Shown: positions 1-7,000, counted from the first letter of the stretch. The stretch: 15,316 nt of DNA from Candidatus Micrarchaeota archaeon (GCA_037440825.1 JBBITJ010000006.1:30448-45763); one strand, 5' to 3'. Made by a program: numbers and translations. Notes: generated by a model not told the origin, from the sequence alone.

Positions 1-514
1 GTTCCTCTTTCGCAGCTGACCTGGCAGCTGGTTTCAGGAAACCCAAAACCGGGAACTCGAAACCTTTTTTCTGCTGTGCTGCGGACGGAACCGCTGGCGC
101 AGGTGCGGGTTTTGCAGGAGCTGCGGCTTCGGGCTTCGGCTCCTCCTTCTTCTGGGGTGCGGGGGAGGGCTTCGCTGCAGGTTTTGCTCCAGGCTTCTGC
201 GGAGCTGAGGGCTTCATAGCCTGCTCCTGGCCTTCCAGCATGTAAGTGGGAAGCTCCTTCTGCGCTTTCCTCCCTCCTACTTCCACCTTGCCTGCGACCG
301 GCTGGAACTTGATGCCGCTGGTCTTGGCAATCTTTATCATACGCTCGTAGTCGTTGATGAGCACAAAGTAGTCCTTGTCAACGAATTCCTCGGGCGAAAA
401 GTCTATCGTCTTGGGGAGCAGGACCTCCACTGGAGCAGCCTTCTTGCCCTTTGCCGCAGCTGAAGCCGCCTTCTCTATGCGCTTCACCTCGAAGACAAGC
501 TCGCTGAAGTCCAT
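1..514 (-). CDS. Hypothetical protein, truncated by the window edge; short N-terminal domain followed by a Pro/Ala/Lys-rich low-complexity linker
   Basis: Not in the ORF track. Manual translation from ATG at 514 gives MDFSELVFEVKRIEKAASAAAKGKK...DKDYFVLINDYERMIKIAK...KPSAPQKPGAKPAAKPSPAP... with no stop before base 1. A GTGAT SD-like motif precedes the ATG, which lies 12 nt after the ATPase stop. Confidence 0.85.
   Translation of the reverse strand, partial: MDFSELVFEVKRIEKAASAAAKGKKAAPVEVLLPKTIDFSPEEFVDKDYFVLINDYERMIKIAKTSGIKFQPVAGKVEVGGRKAQKELPTYMLEGQEQAMKPSAPQKPGAKPAAKPSPAPQKKEEPKPEAAAPAKPAPAPAVPSAAQQKKGFEFPVLGFLKPAARSAAKEE
38..65 (+). repeat. Four degenerate 7-bp units inside a CDS
   Basis: GAAACCC AAAACCG GGAACTC GAAACCT. 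Confidence 0.65.
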
Positions 515-526
515 CGCGATCACAGG

Positions 527-2032
527 CTAGAATTTCCACTTCTCCCCTTTGGCGGCTGCGGAATAAACGTCTTCCTCGTTCGAGTAATAGTGCGAGACTA
601 TCCTTCCGACCTGGTCGACCTCAATGTAGTCGTTGGAGACCATCCAGTTGAGCACCTCGGTCTTCTTGTCGAGGTCCTCCTTTATCTCCTTCTCGCTCAT
701 GCCTGCGTAGAGGGAAAGGAGGTCCGCGAGCCGCGAAAGCCCGGCGATCTGCCGTATCTCGTCGTTCTTCACGTCCCACCTGTGTATTATCCTGAAATCC
801 CCGTTCTTGAGCATCTCGCCGAACTCGAGCACGCGCCTTATGTTGTAGCGCCTGTGCCTGAAAGTCACGAGCACCCCTGCGAGCGCGTCCAGCATCTCCC
901 TCGGGACGTTTATGGGCGGGTTGGTGAGCCTGCTCACCGCCTGCTCCACGTTGTCCGCGTGCAGCGTCGCGTAAACGGAATGCCCGGTGTGCATGGCCTC
1001 GAATAGTATTTCCGCTTCGCGCTGCCTCCTTATTTCTCCGACCACTATTCGGTCAGGGCGCATGCGCAGCGCGTTCACCATGAGGTCGAGCATCGAGACT
1101 TCGCCTTTTCCTTCAGGGTTCGGCTCCCTCGTAATCATGGGCACCCAGTGCAGGAACGAGGGCAGCGTGAGCTCCCTCGTGTCTTCTATCGAAATCACGC
1201 GCTGGCTCGCGGGAATGAGGCCTGCGAGCGCGTTCAGGAAAGAGGTCTTTCCGCTTCCCGTGCCTCCTGCGATGACGAGCGAGAGCTCGTTCTGGACGCA
1301 CATCCAGATGAGCGCCGCCACTTCGGGCGAGAGCGTCTTGTTCTTTATGAGCGTGGTTATGCTCCACGGGTTGCGCGAGAATTTCCTTATAGTGAGAGTG
1401 TTCCCGAAATTGGACACCGGGAAGAGCGTGGAATTCACCCTGTCCCCGGACGGAAGGTGCGCGTCCAGCAGCGGCTGGAGCACGTTTATCTGCCTTCCCA
1501 CCTTCCTCGCAATCAGAGACGAATAATCGAAAATCGTCTCCTCGTCCTTGAGCGTGAGGTTGGTCTTGCACCACCCGTATTTCTTGTGGTACACCCAGAT
1601 GGGCTCGCGGGAATTGTTTATCACCACCTCTTCGAGGCGGTCGTCGGAAAGCAGCGTCTCGATCTCGCCGAGGCCGAGCGCGTTCTGCAATAGATAAGAG
1701 GCGAGTATCCTCTTCTTCTCCTCCGTGAGGTTCGGGAAGTTCTTGTCCAGTATCGCGAGCGCGCCGTCCATGAACTTTTTCTTCACGTCCTCGCCCTTCT
1801 TGGGGTCGAGCATCTCGGATATGTCTATCTTGACCTCGGAGATGAGCTCCGCGCGCAGCGTCGTCTCCAGGATTATGCGCGTGTACTCCGCTATTCCGGG
1901 GATCATCACTTCGTAATAGGGATTGAAATCGTCGCGCCTGATGACCTTTATCTCTACGGGAATCCCGTTGCTCTCGAATCCGTAAGTGTCCAGGATGCTC
2001 ACGCCCCTGTGCTTCTTCTTCTCTTCAGCCAT
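527..2032 (-). CDS. Type II/IV secretion system ATPase (FlaI/TadA/CpaF, VirB11-like family), probable archaeal type IV pilus assembly motor
   Basis: Walker A GGTGSGKT, Asp box IEDTRE, Walker B LRMRPDRIVVGEIR, His box HTGHSVYATLHA, and N-domain motif GLGEIETLLSDDRLEEVVIN. Start moved to ATG 2032 (MAEEKKK), which is preceded by a GAGGTG SD. Confidence 0.93.
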   Translation of the reverse strand: MAEEKKKHRGVSILDTYGFESNGIPVEIKVIRRDDFNPYYEVMIPGIAEYTRIILETTLRAELISEVKIDISEMLDPKKGEDVKKKFMDGALAILDKNFPNLTEEKKRILASYLLQNALGLGEIETLLSDDRLEEVVINNSREPIWVYHKKYGWCKTNLTLKDEETIFDYSSLIARKVGRQINVLQPLLDAHLPSGDRVNSTLFPVSNFGNTLTIRKFSRNPWSITTLIKNKTLSPEVAALIWMCVQNELSLVIAGGTGSGKTSFLNALAGLIPASQRVISIEDTRELTLPSFLHWVPMITREPNPEGKGEVSMLDLMVNALRMRPDRIVVGEIRRQREAEILFEAMHTGHSVYATLHADNVEQAVSRLTNPPINVPREMLDALAGVLVTFRHRRYNIRRVLEFGEMLKNGDFRIIHRWDVKNDEIRQIAGLSRLADLLSLYAGMSEKEIKEDLDKKTEVLNWMVSNDYIEVDQVGRIVSHYYSNEEDVYSAAAKGEKWKF

Positions 2033-2101
2033 ACCATGCACCTCGCAGCCGAGCACCGGTTTCCAGTCCCATGTCCCCGGCCTCGGACCCCGCCATCATC
2101 A

Positions 2102-3817
2102 TCACTCTTCTTCCCACAGCTTTTTAATCAGTTTCCTCAGCTCGTCCCTCTTAGCATCGAAGTCCTGCTGCTCCTTTGCAGTGAGCGTGACGATCTCGCG
2201 CACCTCCTCGCCCTTGCGCCGGACCTGCTCGAGCGCCTGCGCAGGGGATCCGGAGCGCAGGTCGATGAGCTCCGCCTCCTTCGAGAGCAGCTTGACCTGC
2301 TTCGCCACCTTGGATGCGCTGGCTTCCAGCGCGTCTATGCCTTCCTTTATCTGCTCGAGAAGCTTCTTCTTCTCCATGAGCGAGTCCATGTCCTTGGAGA
2401 GCTTTTCCACGCTCTTGTATTCGCCGCTTTCGCGGAACCTGGACAGCGCCTCGTTCAGCCTCTTGTCCAGCCGCTCGGCGTCAGCCGAGACCTTCTCCTG
2501 CGCGACCTCGATCTTTTCGAGCTGCGAAACGTATTCATCTATGGTGTGCGACGCCTTCTCCTTTATCTTCTGAAAAGTTGAATATGTCGAGATCTCCTCG
2601 TCGAGGGACGAGAATATCGCTCCGCTCTCCTCGGCGAGCCTCTTCCGCTCGTCCGAGACTTTCTTCCTGAGCTCGGAAAGGCTGGATATGAGCTTGTCCA
2701 TGTTCTCGAACATGAGCGAAGCGTCCTGGACGCTCGCCTGGAGGGATTCCATCTTCTGCTCCAGCGCCTTCCCTTCCGAAAGCAGCACGTCTATCTTCTC
2801 GAGCGCCTGGGCGCCGCTGTTTATCTGCGAGAACACGAGCTCTGCGCTCTCGAGCGAGTCCTTTATCTGGGCGGCGCGCGCGAGGTTCTCCTCCATCGCC
2901 TTTGAGACTGAAGAAAGCCTCTCCTGCGCCTCCGCGACAGAGCCGCCGAGGGCGCCTATTTCCGCAGTCGCGGATTTGACGTATTCGCGTATCTGCTGCA
3001 CTTCTGCCTTCGCGTCGGAAACAACCTGCATGGCTGAAGCGAACTCCTTGAGCCCCTCCACTTCGGAATTCATCTTCTCCCTGAGCGCGGCTATCTCGCC
3101 CTTGAAGTCCTGTATGGAGTTCTGGAGGGCGGGAAAGTCCACGCCCCGCTTCGAAAGTGAATCTAGGGCCTTGGAGACTTCGGTCTCCATCATTGCCATC
3201 TCGGCCTTGAGCGCCTCTATGTCGTCCTTGGCTTCCAGGATCCGCTTCATCCGCGCCTCCATCTCGGAGCCGGTGAGCTCGCCCTTGCTCTTTTCGAACT
3301 GCTCGCGCATGAATTTCATCGAGTCGCGCAGCTCGCCGAGCTTCCCCCGTATCTCCTCGAGCGAATCAAGGGTCTTGTAATAGTCCTCCTCGCTCAGGTG
3401 CCTGAGCTCCTGGCTCTCCGTGCTCCGCTTCCAGATGTCGTCTATCGAGGACATCAGCTTGGAGTATCTGGCACCGAAATCGTCCTTGAGGGACATTATG
3501 TCCTTCATCCTTTCGCGCGAGGTCTCCTCCGCGATGCGTATCTGCTGGATGAGCTGGGCTTTTTCGGAAGTGAATTCGGCTTTCTCCGCGTCCAGCTTCT
3601 CCTCCGTCGGGGAAAGCCATTTCAGGTATATCTTCGTGAGCTGGTACTCTATGGAGATGATACCCTGATCTTCGAGCGCGTGCGCCCATTCCTCTATGGT
3701 CGCTATAGGTATGTTCAGAAGCCGGGAAGCGAGGGTTATCTCTATTTTGCCTTTTTCCCTCACGAGTTTTATGAGCGCGTCAACTCCCGTGGATATGAGC
3801 ATCTCGCCAAATTCCAT
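2102..3817 (-). CDS. Protein with an N-terminal winged-helix-like domain and about 490 aa of coiled coil (SMC-like in composition but no ATPase motifs)
   Basis: N-terminus TGVDALIKLVREKGKIEITLASRLLNIPIATIEEWAHALEDQGIISIEY has a wHTH pattern. The remainder is E/K/L/A/S-rich, heptad-like, with almost no Pro. TATA-like TTTATTAA lies 22 nt upstream. Ends in three tandem TGA codons (2096-2104). Confidence 0.85.
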   Translation of the reverse strand: MEFGEMLISTGVDALIKLVREKGKIEITLASRLLNIPIATIEEWAHALEDQGIISIEYQLTKIYLKWLSPTEEKLDAEKAEFTSEKAQLIQQIRIAEETSRERMKDIMSLKDDFGARYSKLMSSIDDIWKRSTESQELRHLSEEDYYKTLDSLEEIRGKLGELRDSMKFMREQFEKSKGELTGSEMEARMKRILEAKDDIEALKAEMAMMETEVSKALDSLSKRGVDFPALQNSIQDFKGEIAALREKMNSEVEGLKEFASAMQVVSDAKAEVQQIREYVKSATAEIGALGGSVAEAQERLSSVSKAMEENLARAAQIKDSLESAELVFSQINSGAQALEKIDVLLSEGKALEQKMESLQASVQDASLMFENMDKLISSLSELRKKVSDERKRLAEESGAIFSSLDEEISTYSTFQKIKEKASHTIDEYVSQLEKIEVAQEKVSADAERLDKRLNEALSRFRESGEYKSVEKLSKDMDSLMEKKKLLEQIKEGIDALEASASKVAKQVKLLSKEAELIDLRSGSPAQALEQVRRKGEEVREIVTLTAKEQQDFDAKRDELRKLIKKLWEEE

Positions 3818-3838
3818 GCCTCACATTGGAAGTCATAC

Positions 3839-3854
3839 TTAATAAAGTTTTATA
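3839..3854. promoter_or_regulatory. Back-to-back divergent TATA boxes
   Basis: TTTATTAA on the minus strand (3846-3839), 22 nt before ATG 3817, and TTTATA on the plus strand (3849-3854), in an AT-rich island between divergent genes. Confidence 0.6.
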
Positions 3855-3917
3855 TTCAATATTGGAGAAGTAACCTCGTTAATTTGCAATCTTTGCAATC
3901 CGGACTGCGTGTTCATT

Positions 3918-5336
3918 ATGCTTGCTGATGCTGAAACGAAAATAAGGAAGCTGGAAAAGGGACCGCTCCAGCGCTTCAAGAACCAGAATGCGGTGCTGAA
4001 GAAATACGGCGAGGACGGGCTCAAGGTCTACAAGGCGGCGGACGGGAAGAAGACGGTCGCGCAGATAGCGGCTGAAACCGGCGTTGGAGAGGAGCTCGCG
4101 AAGGAGATCGCCGAATGGCTTGTCGAAAGCGGCATGGCCGAGTCGGAAGCCGAGGCGGCTGCCGAAGCCGCATCTGCGCGCAAGAGCAAGCTCAGGGAGA
4201 TCGTGGAGAGCGAATCCGCGCCTCCTGCGGAACCGAAGAAGGGAACTGCCAAGGTCGCTTATCTCCAGGTTCCGGAAGAGGAAGACGAAATCATACCGAT
4301 AACTGCAGGCGGCGCGCAGAAAATGGCGCCTCAGGAACAGGAGCTTGCAAAACCCGAAACCATGGCTAAACCGAAAGCTCCTGAGCCCAAGCCGGCTCCG
4401 GAAGAAGAGGAAGAGATAGCGCCTGTTCCTGAGAAGGAAGAGGAAATCGCGCCAGTGGAGCCGGAAGCTGCTCCGCCCGCGGAGGAGAAAGCTGAGGAAG
4501 AAGAGAATAAGGAAGAGGCGCCTGCGCATGCTGAAGAGGATAAGGAAGCCCCCCACGGGGATGAGCAGGAGGAGGCTGAGGAAGAGGAGCTCACCCCTGT
4601 GGAGAAGACGATAAAGGAGAAGTACGGGGACGTGGGGCTCAAGGTTTACGCGCTCATAGACGGCCAGAAGACGGCGGAAGAGATAATGAGCGAGACAGGG
4701 GTGAGCGAGGCCAAGCTCATAGAGATGCTCGAGTACATGGAAAAGCAGGGCATAATCAAGCTCGAGCACCCCGAAGCGAAGGCGGCTGAGGAGGCGCAAG
4801 AGGAGAAGGAGAAATTCGCCCCCCTCGCTGACCAGGGCAGTGCAGCGCAGGCCAAGGAACCAAATCCTGTGGAGGTCCCTTCGAAGCTGCCGATAGACAT
4901 GATAAAAGGATTCCAGATAAAGACGGACATAGTGCTGAAATTCGGGGAGAAGGGCACGAAGCTGCTGGACGCGATAGACGGGAAGGCGAGCGAGGTGGAC
5001 CTCAGCGTCAAGCTCGGCATACCCATATACGAGGTGCGGGACATACTCTCATATTTCTCCGCCAAGGGAGTGGTCAAGACAAGGCAGCTCAGCAGGAACG
5101 ACGTGGCGAAGCTTTACGGGGACGACTGCTTCGCGGTGTACAAGAAATACGGCAGGGAAGGCGTGCTGCTCTACGAACTGATAGGCAAGGACATGGGCAT
5201 AAGACAGATGGCCAAGATGGTCACGACGCAGAAGGACAGGTTCGCCGAGATGTTCGTGTTCATACATAAGGTGCTCGGAGTGGACATCCCAATAGACCGC
5301 GACGTCATATTCGCGCAGCTGGAAGGGAAAAAATAG
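3918..5336 (+). CDS. Hypothetical protein with four winged-helix-like repeats and an acidic Glu/Pro/Ala-rich disordered linker
   Basis: Repeats KKYGEDGLKVYKAADGKKTVAQIAAETGV, EKYGDVGLKVYALIDGQKTAEEIMSETGV, LKFGEKGTKLLDAIDGKASEVDLSVKLGI and KKYGREGVLLYELIGKDMGIRQMAKMV. Strong coding-like codon usage. ATG 3918 preferred over GTG 3909. Confidence 0.85.
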   Translation: MLADAETKIRKLEKGPLQRFKNQNAVLKKYGEDGLKVYKAADGKKTVAQIAAETGVGEELAKEIAEWLVESGMAESEAEAAAEAASARKSKLREIVESESAPPAEPKKGTAKVAYLQVPEEEDEIIPITAGGAQKMAPQEQELAKPETMAKPKAPEPKPAPEEEEEIAPVPEKEEEIAPVEPEAAPPAEEKAEEEENKEEAPAHAEEDKEAPHGDEQEEAEEEELTPVEKTIKEKYGDVGLKVYALIDGQKTAEEIMSETGVSEAKLIEMLEYMEKQGIIKLEHPEAKAAEEAQEEKEKFAPLADQGSAAQAKEPNPVEVPSKLPIDMIKGFQIKTDIVLKFGEKGTKLLDAIDGKASEVDLSVKLGIPIYEVRDILSYFSAKGVVKTRQLSRNDVAKLYGDDCFAVYKKYGREGVLLYELIGKDMGIRQMAKMVTTQKDRFAEMFVFIHKVLGVDIPIDRDVIFAQLEGKK

Positions 5337-5341
5337 CGCGG

Positions 5342-5391
5342 AAAAGAGAAAAGGCGGAACCCGCACGCGGTGCGGGACCGAAGGGAAAAAA
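5342..5391 (-). terminator. Putative terminator between convergent genes (GC hairpin flanked by T-rich tracts on the minus strand)
   Basis: Stem CCCGCAC-gcg-GTGCGGG (5360-5376). On the minus strand it is preceded by TTTTTT and followed by CTTTTCTCTTTT. Confidence 0.5.
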
Positions 5392-5655
5392 TTACCTCTT
5401 CTTTTTCTTCGCTTTCTTCTTCGCCTTTGATGCCTTCTTCGGGCTTGAGGATTTCTTCCCGAGTATCTTGTTCTGCTCCGCCTTGCTCACGCCTTCGAAC
5501 AGTATCGAGGACGCTGAAAGGTGGAGGGCTTTCACCATCTTGGACACGCTGTCCAAGCTGAGATACCTCTTGAGCGCGAGCCCCTTCTCCGCTATCTTTT
5601 CGGAGCCTGCGTAGAAAGCCCCCTTCATCTTCTTAATGACATACCTTACTGACAT
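5392..5655 (-). CDS. Small, very basic hypothetical protein (87 aa) with a Lys/Ala-rich C-terminal tail
   Basis: MSVRYVIKKMKG...KKSSSPKKASKAKKKAKKKKR. A GGTGA SD before ATG 5655 and a TATA box (TTTTATATAT, 5694-5685) favour this start over 5673. Confidence 0.75.
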   Translation of the reverse strand: MSVRYVIKKMKGAFYAGSEKIAEKGLALKRYLSLDSVSKMVKALHLSASSILFEGVSKAEQNKILGKKSSSPKKASKAKKKAKKKKR

Positions 5656-5700
5656 GCAATCACCGCGTTTCATTCTAGCGGTAGATATATAAAACTTGTG

Positions 5701-5765
5701 GTGAATAACCCACGGCTGAAGCCGTAATAAGACAAAATAAGGATCGGGTTTCCCGCTCGCATCAA
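5701..5765 (+). mobile_element. Probable IS200/IS605-family end remnant or palindrome-associated miniature element
   Basis: AACCCACGGC-TGAA-GCCGT[20 nt]GGGTT hairpin followed by TCCCGCTCGCATCAA. It resembles the subterminal hairpins of IS200/IS605 ends. No transposase in the window. Confidence 0.45.
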
Positions 5766-6245
5766 CTAATCGAACGAGGTGCGCACGGTCTTGAAAAACA
5801 CGATTTTCCCTTCCTTCGGGATTGCGTAAACGAGCTCCTTGCGCACTTCAGCTGCCTTCTTCATGTCCGCCTCGAGCTCCCCGACTGAGGCAGCCCAGCC
5901 CTGCTGCACCACCTTCAGGAGGTACTGCGTCCTGTCCTCGCCGGGCCTGAAGCCCTTGCGGTAGACGCGCATCCACGGCTCTGCCGTGAATGACTGGCGC
6001 GTTATGTAGCCGTTCCTGCGCAGCTGCTTCAGCACCGCGTACTTTTCTTCGGCCAGCGGATCTTCGGCCTTCGCCTTTTCCATGAGCGAACGGAAATCCT
6101 CGCCCTCGAGCTTCAGCTTCCCTTTCTCCATGAAATAGAGGACTTCCAGGGGATGCGCGATTATTTTTCCGCCCTCCTCCACGCCGAGCCCGTAGTTCCT
6201 GTAAAGATTCTCCGCTTCCGCGCGAGGCAGCTCGATCGGCTTCAT
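5766..6245 (-). CDS. endA: tRNA-splicing endonuclease family subunit, probably the non-catalytic structural (beta) subunit
   Basis: HPLEVLYFMEKGKL N-domain motif, KYAVLKQLRRNGYI, RVYRKG and AAEVRKELVYAI match the EndA fold. The GxK[YF]G motif and the catalytic His are absent. GGTGA SD overlaps the upstream stop codon. Confidence 0.8.
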   Translation of the reverse strand: MKPIELPRAEAENLYRNYGLGVEEGGKIIAHPLEVLYFMEKGKLKLEGEDFRSLMEKAKAEDPLAEEKYAVLKQLRRNGYITRQSFTAEPWMRVYRKGFRPGEDRTQYLLKVVQQGWAASVGELEADMKKAAEVRKELVYAIPKEGKIVFFKTVRTSFD

Positions 6246-6249
6246 GGAC

Positions 6250-6795
6250 TCACCTGGAGTCGCGGCCCCCTTCGGTTTCCTGTTTCGGGTTTTCGGTTTC
6301 CGGTTGCGGGTTTTTGGTTCCGGGTTTCGGCTCAGGGGATGATTTGTCCGCTTGGTCCTGGCGGTAGTTCCTGAACATCGCGACGAACGAGTCTATGCTC
6401 TCCTTCGGCACGTTCGAGAATATGACCTCTATCGCGCCCGTGCCAGCCGTATCTATCATTATCGTGCCGAGACCGAAAAGCAAGTCGATTAGCGAATACT
6501 GCGTCTTTATCCCGTCTATCTTGTTGAACGGTATCACGACCATCTTGCTCAGCACCACTCCCTCTTTTACGGTGACGATCTCGTCTTCAACGTGGATGTA
6601 GCTCTGCTGGAAATAGAGGAACGCGAGCCCGGACGCGATGAAGTTCAGCACGAGCAGCGCGAACATCGCCTGGTAGACGTTGAATTTCACAAACGGCGCG
6701 GCGAGCATGAGCAGCCCGGAGAGGAGCAGGAACGCGATGAAGAACGAGGCGTAATAAACCCTGCCCGAAGGCTTGAGATAGATGCTGCTGGACAT
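6250..6795 (-). CDS. Membrane protein with a bacterial PH (bPH_2, YdbS-like) domain
   Basis: Two N-terminal hydrophobic helices followed by TVKEGVVLSKMVVIPFNKIDGIKTQYSLIDLLFGLGTIMIDTAG, typical of bPH_2. TATA TTTAAA lies 23 nt upstream. Confidence 0.85.
   Translation of the reverse strand: MSSSIYLKPSGRVYYASFFIAFLLLSGLLMLAAPFVKFNVYQAMFALLVLNFIASGLAFLYFQQSYIHVEDEIVTVKEGVVLSKMVVIPFNKIDGIKTQYSLIDLLFGLGTIMIDTAGTGAIEVIFSNVPKESIDSFVAMFRNYRQDQADKSSPEPKPGTKNPQPETENPKQETEGGRDSR
6273..6328 (-). repeat. Eight tandem degenerate 7-bp units inside the 3' end of the bPH gene
   Basis: Minus strand: GAAACCC GGAACCA AAAACCC GCAACCG GAAACCG AAAACCC GAAACAG GAAACCG. Confidence 0.85.
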
Positions 6796-6878
6796 GCTTT
6801 CTGATATGGCGGCAAAATTTAAACAGGTATCCTTTGCGTTGCAGGTTCCGCGTTGCGGATTTTGGCGATTACAGCAGC

Positions 6879-6960
6879 CCGAAATAACTTTTCGGTCTGC
6901 AGTCTAGCGAACCTCCTCGCGCAGATAGTTTCAGTGAACCGAATTACTTTGTCGGTTTGC
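6879..6960. repeat. Two imperfect palindromic 22-bp direct repeats, 60-bp period (CCGA-N9-TCGG core)
   Basis: CCGAAATAACTTTTCGGTCTGC (6879-6900) and CCGAATTACTTTGTCGGTTTGC (6939-6960), 17/22 identical without gaps. Confidence 0.7.
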
Positions 6961-6972
6961 CATAGCAAGAAC

Positions 6973-7000
6973 GAAACCGGAAACTGAAAACTGGGAACCC
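6973..7000 (+). repeat. Four 7-bp units just downstream of the cdc6 stop
   Basis: GAAACCG GAAACTG AAAACTG GGAACCC. Confidence 0.8.

Noticed and set aside
2026..2104. Triple TGA and an overlapping 25-codon mini-ORF (MMMAGSEAGDMG...) between the coiled-coil and ATPase genes; possible recoding
   Set aside because: TGA serves as a normal stop here and at 6250, and Trp is TGG elsewhere. The ATPase has its own SD, so no bridging ORF is needed.
2102..3817. SMC/Rad50 or archaellum (arl) gene call
   Set aside because: No ABC-ATPase motifs, hinge or hook, and no recognisable archaellin, ArlH or ArlJ in the window.
590..3928. Multiple plus-strand ORFs over the ATPase and coiled-coil genes
   Set aside because: Antisense shadows with Ser/Leu/Arg-biased composition.
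3879..4799. 306-aa hydrophobic minus-strand ORF resembling a membrane protein
   Set aside because: The Leu/Phe runs are the reverse complement of the GAG/GAA/AAG-rich linker of the real plus-strand gene.
6879..6960. Mini CRISPR array (22-bp repeats, 38-bp spacer)
   Set aside because: Only two short, 17/22-identical units, with no leader and no cas genes.
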